A stretch of DNA of 64,000 nt from Pseudomonadota bacterium (lineage in GTDB: Bacteria; Myxococcota_A; UBA9042): the NCBI GenBank assembly GCA_005792545.1, contig SXRM01000383.1, forward strand, positions 10,562-74,561, read 5' to 3'. Of the stretch, positions 51,189-60,794 are shown one piece after another (the first letter of the stretch is position 1; every line of letters begins with the position of its first letter). The position numbers and the translations under genes were made by a program. Under the pieces are notes generated by a model. That model worked only from the letters and a program-made list of their open reading frames with translations, ran no database searches and had not been told where the DNA came from.

Positions 51189-53585
51189 CTAGGGCGCTTG
51201 ATAAGCGGCTGCGGCGGGCAGGACCTTGGCGGCGCCGTCGCGCAGCACGAAAAACGAGAGCTTGCGGCGGTCGTGCCACGCCGGCGGCTTGTCCCAAGTG
51301 GCCCAGGTGTAACTCAGCGTGCCTTGCGTTGGGATGCGCCACGCTTTGGTCTTGCCATCGGCGGCCAGGGCCGGCTGAGCCAGCGGCAGGGTGTCGCTCG
51401 GATCCAACTCGGCCTCGCCGGTGCCGCCGTAGCTAGCGGCGACCAGGCCAATGTGGTCGACCGCAGTGGTGTCGATGGTTACCGTGCTCTGGTTGGCGTG
51501 GTCGATGGCGGCGCGGGTGCTCGGGTCGGCGAACTGCAACAGCGCCCAGGGAATGCGCAACTCCAAGACGCCGGTCTTGATGTCGTACCAGAAGTGGCTG
51601 GCCGAATTCTGACTCTGCGGCCCGCTGCGCAGCCGACCGGTCTCCTGACCCAGCGACGTCGCCAGCAGATGAAACGCCACCTTCTTGTCCGGCAGGATCT
51701 CGTGCCAGGCGTAGTCGCCGTTGGTGCGCGCCTGCGCCAGCAGCCACTGCCCGTTGTCGTTGGCCACGGTCCGGTACTTCTGCCAGATCTGCTGGGTGCC
51801 CTGGCCAATGCCAAACAGGTCATACGGTTGGTCGACCCACAACTGCACGTCGCTGTCGCTGTGGATGCGCACCTGGAACTCGATGCGGCGCTCCGTCTGC
51901 AGCACGCCCTGCGGATCGAACCGGCTGTCGCCGCGCACCGGGTCAATGGTGTCCAGGCCGATGACGTAGTCGACGCGGTCCCACTGCACCTTGCCGTCGC
52001 CATCGGGGTCGAGGCTGTCGACCCGCAGGCGCAGGTGCAGATAGCCCGCATCGTGGTCGACGGTCACGTCTTTGAGGCTGCGCATCGCGTCAAAGCCGTC
52101 GCCGCGCGGCGCCAGTTGCGGAAAAGCCTTGACCAGTTGCGGCGCCTTGCCGGCCCAGTCGGCGTCGCTGCCGTCGACCTGGTGGCCGCGGGTAGCGTCG
52201 CCGGGCAACAGCGCCACGATGCCAAAGTGCTGGTTGGGATTTTGCGGGTTGTGCCACAGGCGCTGGCGCCCCGGCGGTAGCACCACCGGCCCGGTCAGCC
52301 ACGAGCCACGAAACCACTCGTCGACCATGTCGCCGATCATCGCGCCGTGCAGACCCGCTTGCGAGACGGTGCGCAGCGCGCGCAGGTTGGCCCAGCCCTG
52401 CTCCAGGTCGTTGTAGCCGCCGTGGTTCATGCCGCCCGGCGAGTAATGCGCACAACCAGGGCTCGACGGGTGACCGGTCTCGGCGACGAGCACCGCGAAT
52501 TTGGAGTGTGCGGCACGCACAGCTTTGAGGTAGCCAAGCCACGGATTGGGTCCGTCCGAGTCGCTGGTCGCGGCGTACTCGGGCTGGTGCAGCACGAAAT
52601 CGGGGTAGTACGGAAAGCTCTGGTAGGCCATGAACACGCCGGCCGCAAAGCCGCCGCGCAGTTCGACGTTGTTCAGATCCAGTGTCTCGTACTCTTCGGC
52701 GCTGGCCGGAAACGCGTGCTCGGTGTAGTGCTTGATGGGGTCGGTGGTTGGCCAATTCAGCCAGCCGACGGGTCGCTGTTGGCCGTAGCGGGACAACTCG
52801 GTCGCCACCACCAGGTCCATCATCTGCACGATGAAGCCCTCGATGGCCCGACCGACCGGCAGCGCGACGTGCTTGCCCTGCGGATGGCCCTGCGGCGCAT
52901 GGCTGAGCGCTGTCTCGTGCAGCGTGATCGGGTCCAACTCGCGGCCGATGAGCCAGCCGAGCGTCCACGGCGACACGTCCGCGGTGTAGGTGCCGAAGGC
53001 CCGACCCCAGTTGCCCGGGTTCTGCTCGGAGCCTGGCTCGATCGTGCGTCGGCCGTGCACGACGTCCACCGCTTTGTCGATTTCGTCTTTGATCGCCGCG
53101 ACAAGGTTGGGGTGCAGGTAGTCCTTGGTCTTCGCGGCGTCTTTGTCGTCTGCCGGGTCTTTGAGCCAGGCGCCGTGCAGCAGGAACAGCGGGCGCTTGG
53201 GGTGATTGAGGTTCCAACGGCGCAGTTCCTGATAGAACGCCGGGCTCTGGATGGTCTTGACGCGCAAGGTGTTGACGCCCATCTCGCCGGCGGTCTCCAG
53301 CCAGCGGCGAATTTGCGCGCGATCGGCGTCGTATTCGCCGGGGCTGCGGCCGGGCAGCGCCGTCGAGAAGTTCAGGCCATACGGCCACAGTGGCTGCCAG
53401 TTGCCGCCATTGGCCGCCGCGTAAAAGCCGTACTGGTCGGTGCGGAACTGGTAGCGGACGCTGACCGCCGCGGCCGACAGCGCGTCGAGGTCACCCAGCT
53501 GCGGTGCAGGATCGTCGCCACAACGGACGCTGGTCGCCAGCATCGCCGCCAGCACCGCCACCGCAATCGATCGCCCCGTCGTCAT
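51189..53585 (-). CDS. secreted glycoside-hydrolase-like (TIM-barrel, clan GH-A-like) protein
   Basis: Signal is MTTGRSIAVAVLAAMLATSVRCGDD. Also present are …MGVNTLRVKTIQSP… and …FAVLVAETGHPSS…, a candidate nucleophile Glu. The C-terminal half is unassigned. Confidence 0.55.
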   Translation of the reverse strand: MTTGRSIAVAVLAAMLATSVRCGDDPAPQLGDLDALSAAAVSVRYQFRTDQYGFYAAANGGNWQPLWPYGLNFSTALPGRSPGEYDADRAQIRRWLETAGEMGVNTLRVKTIQSPAFYQELRRWNLNHPKRPLFLLHGAWLKDPADDKDAAKTKDYLHPNLVAAIKDEIDKAVDVVHGRRTIEPGSEQNPGNWGRAFGTYTADVSPWTLGWLIGRELDPITLHETALSHAPQGHPQGKHVALPVGRAIEGFIVQMMDLVVATELSRYGQQRPVGWLNWPTTDPIKHYTEHAFPASAEEYETLDLNNVELRGGFAAGVFMAYQSFPYYPDFVLHQPEYAATSDSDGPNPWLGYLKAVRAAHSKFAVLVAETGHPSSPGCAHYSPGGMNHGGYNDLEQGWANLRALRTVSQAGLHGAMIGDMVDEWFRGSWLTGPVVLPPGRQRLWHNPQNPNQHFGIVALLPGDATRGHQVDGSDADWAGKAPQLVKAFPQLAPRGDGFDAMRSLKDVTVDHDAGYLHLRLRVDSLDPDGDGKVQWDRVDYVIGLDTIDPVRGDSRFDPQGVLQTERRIEFQVRIHSDSDVQLWVDQPYDLFGIGQGTQQIWQKYRTVANDNGQWLLAQARTNGDYAWHEILPDKKVAFHLLATSLGQETGRLRSGPQSQNSASHFWYDIKTGVLELRIPWALLQFADPSTRAAIDHANQSTVTIDTTAVDHIGLVAASYGGTGEAELDPSDTLPLAQPALAADGKTKAWRIPTQGTLSYTWATWDKPPAWHDRRKLSFFVLRDGAAKVLPAAAAYQAP

Positions 53586-53672
53586 CGGTTGCCACCTCCT
53601 GCCGGTGGACGGTAGCACAAGGCGCTGCTGCCGGCGATTGGAGGCCAGGGTCAGCCATGGCAGACTGCCGCC

Positions 53673-55256
53673 ATGGCCGACAACGCCGACCGAGCACAGT
53701 TCAGCCCGCTTTCCCGACTGGACGCCGTGCTGCCGTGGTTGGCGGCGGTGCCGCTGTGCGCGCTTTCGCTGCAGCCGATTGCGGACTCGGACGTGCCGAT
53801 GCACGCGGCGGTCGGCCGCTGGATGGTGCAGCACGGCGCCATCCTGCCCACGCCCGACCCGCTGGTGTGGACCGATCAAGGCGGCGATGCACCGCACGAG
53901 TGGCTGGCGCAGATCGCCATCGGCGCTGTGGCCAACTTGGGTGGTCTGGGTTCACTGCGCTGGCTGCTGCTGGCGGTGGTCGTCGCTTGCGCGGCAGTGC
54001 TGGTGCGGTCGCTGCGGCGGGCCGGTGCCGAGCCGGCCCAGGTCGCTGCGCTGCTGGTGGGCTGGACGGCCGCGATCGCGCCGCACGTGGCGATGCGCCC
54101 CCATGTGCTCGGCTGGCTGATGGCGCTGACCGTGCTGGGCCTGGGCCTGGCCGATCCGCGACCGTGGTCGACCGGGCGGGCGATCGGCTGGGGGTTGGCG
54201 ACGGCGCTGTGGGCCAATCTGCACAGTAGCGCGGTGGCGGCGCCGCTGTATGCCGCCTTTGGGCTCGTCGATGCCGGGTGGCACGCGCGCGCAGACCTGC
54301 GCGGGGACTGGTGGCGCCAGCCGCTGCTGCGGCTGCTGGCCGTGGGCGTAGGGGCGCTGTGCCAGCCGATGGGTCCGGGTATCGTCGGTTACGTGCTGCG
54401 GTCGCAGGCGATCAACGGCCGGCTGAGCGACGAGTGGCAAGGTCTGCTGCGCCCCGACGTGCTGCAGACCCACCCGGAAATCCTGGGGTTGTGGGCGGTC
54501 GCGCTGGCGGCGGCCGCGTTGGCCATGCGGTCGCCGTCGCCGGGCTTTCCCGGGCCAGCTGCGGCGGGCCTGGCGGTGCTGCACGCGGCGCTGACTCGCC
54601 GCATGACCGTGTTCCTGTTTGTGCCGGCGCTTTTGGCCGGGGGGCATTGGCCGCACTGGCGCGGCTGGCGGCCGATCGGCTGGGCGGCGGTGGCGCTGAG
54701 TTGCCTGTTGTGGCTGCCGGGGCTGACGGAGCGGGCACGGTCGCGTCCCGCGGTTAGCGGCGGCGCTTTTCCGGTCAAGGCGGCCGCTTTTTTGGCGCAC
54801 TCCGAGCTGGAGGGCCGCCTTTTCAACCCCGATCCGTGGGGTGGCTACCTGAGCTGGCAGCTGGCACCCCGGCAGCAGGTGTTCCTGGACGGTCGCTGGC
54901 TGCTGGCCGGCGAACAGGTGGTGCGCGATGGCCTGGCGCTGCAGATCCGCCAGCCAGGCCACGCCGCGCTATGGGATCGCTACGGGATTGAGGTGTTCGT
55001 CCAGCGCACGGCCGACTACCTGCAGGTCCCGCCGCCGGACCCGATCCAGTTTGCGCTGGCGTGGCGCGACGGCCAGGCGGTGGTGCTGCTGCGCAAAGGT
55101 CCACACCACGCCGACAATGTCGCCAAGGTCTGCGCGTTCTACCGCCGCTTGCCGACGCTGGCGGCCAACGGTCGCTGGGCGGGCAAGCTGCAGGCGCCGC
55201 CCGGCCAATCGAGTCCCACCGATGTGCCGGAGGTTATTGCGGGGTGTCCAGAGTAG
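53673..55256 (+). CDS. polytopic membrane protein with C-terminal soluble domain (GT-C-like candidate)
   Basis: About 10 predicted TM helices by eye. The first loop carries IADSDVPMH. No family recognised with certainty. Confidence 0.55.
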   Translation: MADNADRAQFSPLSRLDAVLPWLAAVPLCALSLQPIADSDVPMHAAVGRWMVQHGAILPTPDPLVWTDQGGDAPHEWLAQIAIGAVANLGGLGSLRWLLLAVVVACAAVLVRSLRRAGAEPAQVAALLVGWTAAIAPHVAMRPHVLGWLMALTVLGLGLADPRPWSTGRAIGWGLATALWANLHSSAVAAPLYAAFGLVDAGWHARADLRGDWWRQPLLRLLAVGVGALCQPMGPGIVGYVLRSQAINGRLSDEWQGLLRPDVLQTHPEILGLWAVALAAAALAMRSPSPGFPGPAAAGLAVLHAALTRRMTVFLFVPALLAGGHWPHWRGWRPIGWAAVALSCLLWLPGLTERARSRPAVSGGAFPVKAAAFLAHSELEGRLFNPDPWGGYLSWQLAPRQQVFLDGRWLLAGEQVVRDGLALQIRQPGHAALWDRYGIEVFVQRTADYLQVPPPDPIQFALAWRDGQAVVLLRKGPHHADNVAKVCAFYRRLPTLAANGRWAGKLQAPPGQSSPTDVPEVIAGCPE

Positions 55257-56685
55257 GCCCATTGGCTTGCGCCATCGCCACGGCCGGCCCAACCGCCCGC
55301 CGCCACTGCGCCGACTGCAGCACCCCGTCCGGGTCACACTGCTGCTGCCACGCGGCCCACTGTCGCAGCCGCTCGGAGCCAAACATCGCCAGGACCGTCT
55401 CGGGTCGCACAGTGGCGTCTTTGGCGAAATACACCCGGCCACCGGCCGCCGCCACGATGTCGTCGATATCGTGGCACAGTTGCCACAATGCCACGCGGTT
55501 TTCAGCGGTTACCGCGAAGTCCTGCGCCAGCGAGTAGCCGTCCAGACCGTGGCTGAGTAGGAACCGATCGGCGCGGTGGCGCTTGACCACCGACAGCCAG
55601 TTGACCAGCCCGCGCCCTTGTTGGAGCTCCAGCACCGTTTGAAAGACCTGCCGTGCGCGATCGGCCGGCACGAACACCTGATGCTGGATGAGGCCGCCCG
55701 GGCTGTAGACTTTCTTCCAGTCCGGCACGTAGTCGAGCAGAAAGTGGAAGGCGCCGTGGGTCTGGCGGTAACGCTTGTCGCGGGAGAGCAATAGCCCAGA
55801 GTACCAACGACCCAGGTTGACCAGCCGCATGCCCCAGCTGTTAGAAAATGGCTTCAGAAACCGCCACATCCACGACTTTGGCACCACGCCGAACAGCCGG
55901 CTCGGCAACTGCTGGTTGGTCACCTGCAGCGCGGTCGCCGTGTCCGGTTCGTCGCCGGCGGGCACGTGGTAGGCGGCGTGGATAAGGCTGCGGCCCATGG
56001 CTTTACCGGTCGCGAAGGCATCCAGCCACGCCACGAGGTAATCGGCCGTGGCGGCGTGGGCGTCGAAAAACGCAAACAACCCATTGAGATCAGCGGCCGT
56101 GGTCGCCCACACGTCGAGTCGCCCGGCATGCACACGCTTGAGTTGCAGCTCGACCTCGGTGATGACGCCCAGCGTGCCGGCACCCGACACCACAGCGAAG
56201 AACAGCGGATCGGCTGGGGTCAGCTCCTGTACTCCGCCGCTCGGAAAAACGACTTTGATCGCCCGCAGGTGGTCGCCGATGGGCCCCACGCGCGCCGCGT
56301 TTTTGCCGTGGATGTTCATCGCTGCGGCGCCGCCGAGCGTGGGGGCCATCGTGCCCGACACCACGGGCGGCCACCAGCCGTGCGGCACCGCGGTCTGCCA
56401 TACCTGTCTCAACGTGGCGCCGGCCTGGGCGCGGACGACGCCAGTCTGCGGGTCGAAGTGCAAAATGCGGTCCAACGCAGACAAATCGCAAACGACGTCG
56501 CCGCAGGCCGCGTCGCCGTAGGAACAGCCAGCGCCGCGCAGGGTCAGCGGTCGCCGCGCAGTACGCGCTGCCTCGAACAGCGCCGGCAGACTCTGCGCAT
56601 CGGTCGGACGCACGACGTCGGCCGGACCGCCGACGGCCATACCCCAGCCGAGCACGGTCTGGCGAGCGGGCAGCAGCGCGGTCAC
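55234..56685 (-). CDS. FAD-dependent oxidoreductase, DprE1-like (decaprenylphosphoryl-ribose 2'-oxidase family)
   Basis: …VLGWG…, …LRGAGCSYGD…, …TLGGAAAMNIHGKN…, …GRVYFAKDATV… parallel M. tuberculosis DprE1 (…LTGWGR…, RGLGRSYGD, GGAIACDIHGKN, GRLYTAKDSR). Confidence 0.8.
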   Translation of the reverse strand: MTALLPARQTVLGWGMAVGGPADVVRPTDAQSLPALFEAARTARRPLTLRGAGCSYGDAACGDVVCDLSALDRILHFDPQTGVVRAQAGATLRQVWQTAVPHGWWPPVVSGTMAPTLGGAAAMNIHGKNAARVGPIGDHLRAIKVVFPSGGVQELTPADPLFFAVVSGAGTLGVITEVELQLKRVHAGRLDVWATTAADLNGLFAFFDAHAATADYLVAWLDAFATGKAMGRSLIHAAYHVPAGDEPDTATALQVTNQQLPSRLFGVVPKSWMWRFLKPFSNSWGMRLVNLGRWYSGLLLSRDKRYRQTHGAFHFLLDYVPDWKKVYSPGGLIQHQVFVPADRARQVFQTVLELQQGRGLVNWLSVVKRHRADRFLLSHGLDGYSLAQDFAVTAENRVALWQLCHDIDDIVAAAGGRVYFAKDATVRPETVLAMFGSERLRQWAAWQQQCDPDGVLQSAQWRRAVGPAVAMAQANGPTLDTPQ

Positions 56686-56688
56686 CGG

Positions 56689-57426
56689 TCAGATCGCCAG
56701 CCGCCGGAACAGCAACGACGGGATGCAGCGAATCATGCCCATGATCAGGCGATAGCCCGGGTGCACATACACGGTGTGTTCGCCGCGCTCTATTGCCTGG
56801 GCGATACGGCGGCCGGCCACCTCGGCCGAGACCGTGAGCGGCAGCTTGCGCGCGCCGAGCATTGGCGTCTGTACCGGACCGGGCTTGATGGTGACGACGT
56901 CGACCCCGAGCACCGACAGGCGATTACGAAGCGATTCCAGGTAGGTATGCAGCGCGGCTTTGCTGGCGCCGTATGCCGGAGCCTGGCGGCGACCGCGGTC
57001 GCCAGCCACCGAGCCGATGCCACACAGCACACCCTTGCCCTGGCCGGCCATGTGGGCGGCGCCGAGGTTGAGCCAGGCCATGGCACCGATCACGTTGACC
57101 TCGATGATGTGGCGGTCTTTGGCGATGTCGAATTCGCGCGGACCGACCTCGGGCATCACGCCCGAGCTGTACACCAGGGCGTCGCAGCCGCCCATCTCGG
57201 CCACGATCGCCTGCCAGCACGCCGCCACGGCCGCGTCGTCGGAGGCGTCGCAGGTGTGCACGACCGCCTTACCACCTTTTTCGCCGACCTGTGCAGCAAC
57301 GCCATCCAACTCGCTGCGGCGTCTGGCCACCAGACCAAGCGTGCGACCCGGCCGCGCCATCGCGACAGCCAGCGCCGCGCCGATGCCCGACGAAGCGCCA
57401 ATGATAAGAATCTTGTGCAGTTCCAC
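56689..57426 (-). CDS. short-chain dehydrogenase/reductase, DprE2-like partner
   Basis: VELHKILIIGASSGIGAALA (TGxxxGIG) and …YGASKAAL… (YxxxK). The gene lies 3 nt upstream of the DprE1-like gene. GTG start at 57426. Confidence 0.75.
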   Translation of the reverse strand: MELHKILIIGASSGIGAALAVAMARPGRTLGLVARRRSELDGVAAQVGEKGGKAVVHTCDASDDAAVAACWQAIVAEMGGCDALVYSSGVMPEVGPREFDIAKDRHIIEVNVIGAMAWLNLGAAHMAGQGKGVLCGIGSVAGDRGRRQAPAYGASKAALHTYLESLRNRLSVLGVDVVTIKPGPVQTPMLGARKLPLTVSAEVAGRRIAQAIERGEHTVYVHPGYRLIMGMIRCIPSLLFRRLAI

Positions 57427-57525
57427 AGCGGCTTCCAGGGGGCCGAGACGGCGACCGGACGCGGATTGCACGCCCGACCGCGGCCGCAAGTCAAGCGTTC
57501 AACACCTGCCAGGCCGGCCCGCATT

Positions 57526-58284
57526 TCAAGGGCTGAACGCGTGCAGGGCCTTGCGAACCAACAGCGACAGCGCCGCGAACAGCAGCATCCAGTACAGCAG
57601 CCGCCGAAAGGGTTCTGGGGCGATGCGCTGGTGGGCGCGGTTGCCAATCCACTTGCCGACCAGCAGACACGGCAACAGCGCCGCGCTGCCGAGCAGCGTC
57701 TGACCCGTCAGCTGGCCAAGCGACGCATACTGGACCACCAGCACGCTGCCGAGCACCAGCCACAGCGCCGACAGCGTCGCCCGCAGCGCCGACTTGTCCT
57801 GCAATTGCCGGCTGGTCGCCCACACGATGAGCGGCCCGCCGGAGCCGTAGATGCCGTGCACCAGGCCACCACCGACCAGGCCCGCTCGCTGTGCGCGCAG
57901 CGACAGCTGGGCGCCGCCCGGACCGCGGACCAACTCCAGGCCGGCCAGGACCGCGACCAGCAGCGCATAGCCCAAGATCAGCCACGGTCCGGGTGGCGCC
58001 AGCCGATAGATCACCAAACCAGCCGCCATGCCTGCGCCAATCAGCGGCAACATCGTGCGCAGCAGCAGCGGTCGGGCCACGTAGCTGCGGTCGCGCAACG
58101 TAATCCACACCGACAGCAGTAAGTTGACCGGTACGTACAGGGGCAGCAGCGTGTCGAGCGGCAGCAGCTGCGCGCCGAGCGTGACGGTGATCACGGTGCC
58201 GCCAAAGCCGGTCAGCGCCTCGGCCGCGAACGCCAGCGCCACCACCGCAAACAGCGGCGCCGGGATATCTACAACGGCGGGCAC
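57526..58284 (-). CDS. TauE/SafE-family anion exporter membrane protein
   Basis: 252 aa with about 8 TM helices and two G-rich repeats (…GFGGTVITV…, …IYGSGGPL…). Confidence 0.7.
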   Translation of the reverse strand: MPAVVDIPAPLFAVVALAFAAEALTGFGGTVITVTLGAQLLPLDTLLPLYVPVNLLLSVWITLRDRSYVARPLLLRTMLPLIGAGMAAGLVIYRLAPPGPWLILGYALLVAVLAGLELVRGPGGAQLSLRAQRAGLVGGGLVHGIYGSGGPLIVWATSRQLQDKSALRATLSALWLVLGSVLVVQYASLGQLTGQTLLGSAALLPCLLVGKWIGNRAHQRIAPEPFRRLLYWMLLFAALSLLVRKALHAFSP

Positions 58285-58286
58285 CG

Positions 58287-59624
58287 TCAGTTCGCGCTCG
58301 GATCGTCCAAGGCGTCCAGGAAGCCGACGATGAGCTCGGCGGCCATGCCGCGGTCGGGCAGGCTGCCCATCATGCCGTACATCGCCGCCTGGCCGTCGTC
58401 GGCAGCGGGTTTGCCGCGCACCTGTTCGGCGCTCTGCCGCAGGTCCGCCAAAAAAGCCTCGACGTGCGGCGCATGGGCGGCGGTGATCATCGCGTGCAAC
58501 GCCGGCGGCAACTGCTGGCGATCCAGGTGCCAGCCGCGGGCCTGCATCGCATCACCCAGCTGATAGACGTCGCCGTCGTCGCAGGTAAAGGCAAACACGG
58601 TGGCGTCGGGTTGCCCAAGGATGCGCAAGCCTGGTATCGCTGCGATGCCTTCCATCATCGCACGTGCGGCGCCGAGGCTCTTGCGCGCCAGGCTCAGGTA
58701 ACCCGCTTGACCCAGGTGGTGCAGCACCGCCCACGCTGCCGCGATCGGGCCACCTGGTCGCGTACCCGCGGCGGACGGCGACCCCCACAGGCCGCCCGGC
58801 CAGTCGGCGTGACCCATGAACTGGTGCTTACGCAGGTCGCGATCGCGGTACAGCACCAGCGATGCCCCTTTGGCCGCGTAGCCATACTTGTGCAGATCGC
58901 AGGAAATCGACGTCACGCCAGTGACCGCCAGATTCCAAGGCGGCAGCGTGCGACCCTGCTCGCGATCCAACACCTCCACGAACGGCAGGATCATGCCGCC
59001 CAGGCACGCGTCGACGTGGCACAGAAAGCCGCGGTCTTGCGCAAGCGCCGCCAACTCGGCGATAGGGTCGACGACACCGTGCGGATAGGCCACCGAACTG
59101 CCGACCACCAGCACGGTGCGATCGCTGGCGAGTTCTGCCGCAGCCAGCGGGTCGGCACGAAAATCGGCGCGCACCGGCACCCATACGGGTTCGATGTCGA
59201 AGTAGTGCGCCGCCTTGACGAAAGCCGGGTGGGCCGTGGTTGGCAGCAACATTTGCGGCTGGCGGATGCCTTTTTCGGCGCGGGCCCAGTCGCGGGCGGT
59301 CTTGCACGCCATCAGCACCGACTCGGTGCCACCAGAGGTCAGCGTACCCACCGCGTTGGGGTCGCCCAGTAAGCCGGCGGCGATGGCGAGCACTTCGGTC
59401 TCCATCTTGCGCAGGCTCGGAAAGGCCATGGGATTGAGCGCGTTTTCGGAGAAGCAGCGCAGAAACGCCGCTTCCAGCACGGCTTTGACGTCGTCACCGG
59501 CGTGGTAGACCAGGCTGAAGGTGCGGCCGTCGCGCCAGTTGGCGTCGCCCGTGCGGTAATGGTCGATGGTGCTGAGCACGCGCTCGGCCGGCCAGCCCGT
59601 TGCGGGCAGGGCGTCAATGGACAT
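58287..59624 (-). CDS. PLP-dependent group II decarboxylase-fold enzyme, sphingosine-1-phosphate-lyase-like
   Basis: …SLVYHAGDD…NALNPMAFPSLRKMETEVL…TSGGTES…SISCDLHKYGYAAKGASLVLYR…. The S.D.HKYG..KG.S lysine motif is typical of SPL/GAD-type enzymes. Confidence 0.75.
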   Translation of the reverse strand: MSIDALPATGWPAERVLSTIDHYRTGDANWRDGRTFSLVYHAGDDVKAVLEAAFLRCFSENALNPMAFPSLRKMETEVLAIAAGLLGDPNAVGTLTSGGTESVLMACKTARDWARAEKGIRQPQMLLPTTAHPAFVKAAHYFDIEPVWVPVRADFRADPLAAAELASDRTVLVVGSSVAYPHGVVDPIAELAALAQDRGFLCHVDACLGGMILPFVEVLDREQGRTLPPWNLAVTGVTSISCDLHKYGYAAKGASLVLYRDRDLRKHQFMGHADWPGGLWGSPSAAGTRPGGPIAAAWAVLHHLGQAGYLSLARKSLGAARAMMEGIAAIPGLRILGQPDATVFAFTCDDGDVYQLGDAMQARGWHLDRQQLPPALHAMITAAHAPHVEAFLADLRQSAEQVRGKPAADDGQAAMYGMMGSLPDRGMAAELIVGFLDALDDPSAN

Positions 59625-59657
59625 TGGGTTTCCTTGTGCTGGGCCGGCGGAAGCGGA

Positions 59658-59797
59658 CTAAGCGACTAAAAAACAATAAGTTGAACGCTCACGGCCAGCG
59701 GCGGAGCCGCGAGTCGGTCTTGGAAGCCGCGAACTGGCAACCGACGAACCCAGCAAAGGGGCGAAGGCAATGATTGAGTAAATCATTCCCGGCCCTA
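59658..59797 (-). repeat. MITE/REP-like intergenic repeat, copy 5 (inverted orientation, divergent)
   Basis: The reverse complement reads TAGGGCCGGGAATGATTTACTCAATCATTGCC…GACCGACTCGCGGCTCCGCCGC…. The right-end CTA (59795-59797) is the stop of the adjacent gene. Confidence 0.7.
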
Positions 59798-60709
59798 CGG
59801 CTTGCCACAAATGGCGGTCATCGCAGTTTGCGGGTTGTCGCAGGTGTTGCCCTGCTCAAACCCCGGTAGTTTCTGGCCGTTGACCGAGCAGAAGCACTGG
59901 CTGCCATCGCAGTCGATGGCGATGGTGGTGCCGTTGCAAGTTGAACTGCAGCCGCACTGCGGCTTGGCGTTGGGGTTGCCGGGGTCCATGCCGCCGGCAT
60001 AGCAGGTGCCCATGGTGCACGGGTCTGGCGGAGGCGGTGGGTCCGGGCCGCCGCCGCCCAGACAGTCTTTGAGTTGCAGCATGACGGCCGCGCACGCCAC
60101 CGGCGGTTCGGCCTCGCCGTCGGGGCCGCAAGTCAGCACGCTGTCGGTGGCGCAGGCCAAGAAGGCCTGGACCTTGTCGGGCGGGCACTTGCTGGTCTCC
60201 TTGAGGAAGCCGTCGCAGCCGGCCAGACACTTGTCGAACGGATCGTCGTTGGGGCAGTTGGCCTTGGCGATGTTCTTGCACACCGTCTCGCACGTTGCCG
60301 GTCCCGACGGGCCGCCGTCAACGGGCTTGGGGCCACCGTCCGTGGGTACCGGTCCGCCGTCGCTCGGCTTTGGACCGCCATCGGTTGGGGCCGGACCGGC
60401 GTCGGTGCCGCCCGATTGCGCATCGAGCGCCGCGTCGGTGCTGGCCACATCGCCCGGGGTGACCGCATCGGTCGAACTGCCGTCCTTGCCAGCGGCATCG
60501 GCGGTGGACGTTCCTGCATCGGCCGATGTGCCGGCGTCGCTGCTCGAAGCGCTATCGGCGCTCGAACCACCGTCGGTACCGGCACTGGTCGCATCGACGG
60601 AGTCGGTGCCGCCGCTCGACCCGCCGCCGCCACCAGCGCCGCCGCTGGCCACGCAGGCCGTGCACAGCGCCAGCAGGGCGCCAGTCATCCAAACATACAA
60701 ACGATTCAT
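59795..60709 (-). CDS. lipoprotein with S/G/D/T low-complexity linker and Cys-rich C-terminal domain
   Basis: MNRLYVWMTGALLALCTACVASGG (lipobox). An about 130-aa G/S/D/T/A/P-rich region is followed by a 14-Cys domain. Confidence 0.7.
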   Translation of the reverse strand: MNRLYVWMTGALLALCTACVASGGAGGGGGSSGGTDSVDATSAGTDGGSSADSASSSDAGTSADAGTSTADAAGKDGSSTDAVTPGDVASTDAALDAQSGGTDAGPAPTDGGPKPSDGGPVPTDGGPKPVDGGPSGPATCETVCKNIAKANCPNDDPFDKCLAGCDGFLKETSKCPPDKVQAFLACATDSVLTCGPDGEAEPPVACAAVMLQLKDCLGGGGPDPPPPPDPCTMGTCYAGGMDPGNPNAKPQCGCSSTCNGTTIAIDCDGSQCFCSVNGQKLPGFEQGNTCDNPQTAMTAICGKP

Positions 60710-60794
60710 GGTTTCACCTTGTCGCGGCCGCCCCGCCGTACCACGGCGCCGCAAGTGTACACGCCGCCTGCGCGCGCGCAAACGCGGCGCTTTT

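Noticed and set aside
55966-58122. 718-aa + strand ORF opposite the DprE1-like, SDR and TauE genes
   Set aside because: It spans three independently supported minus-strand genes and has junk composition.
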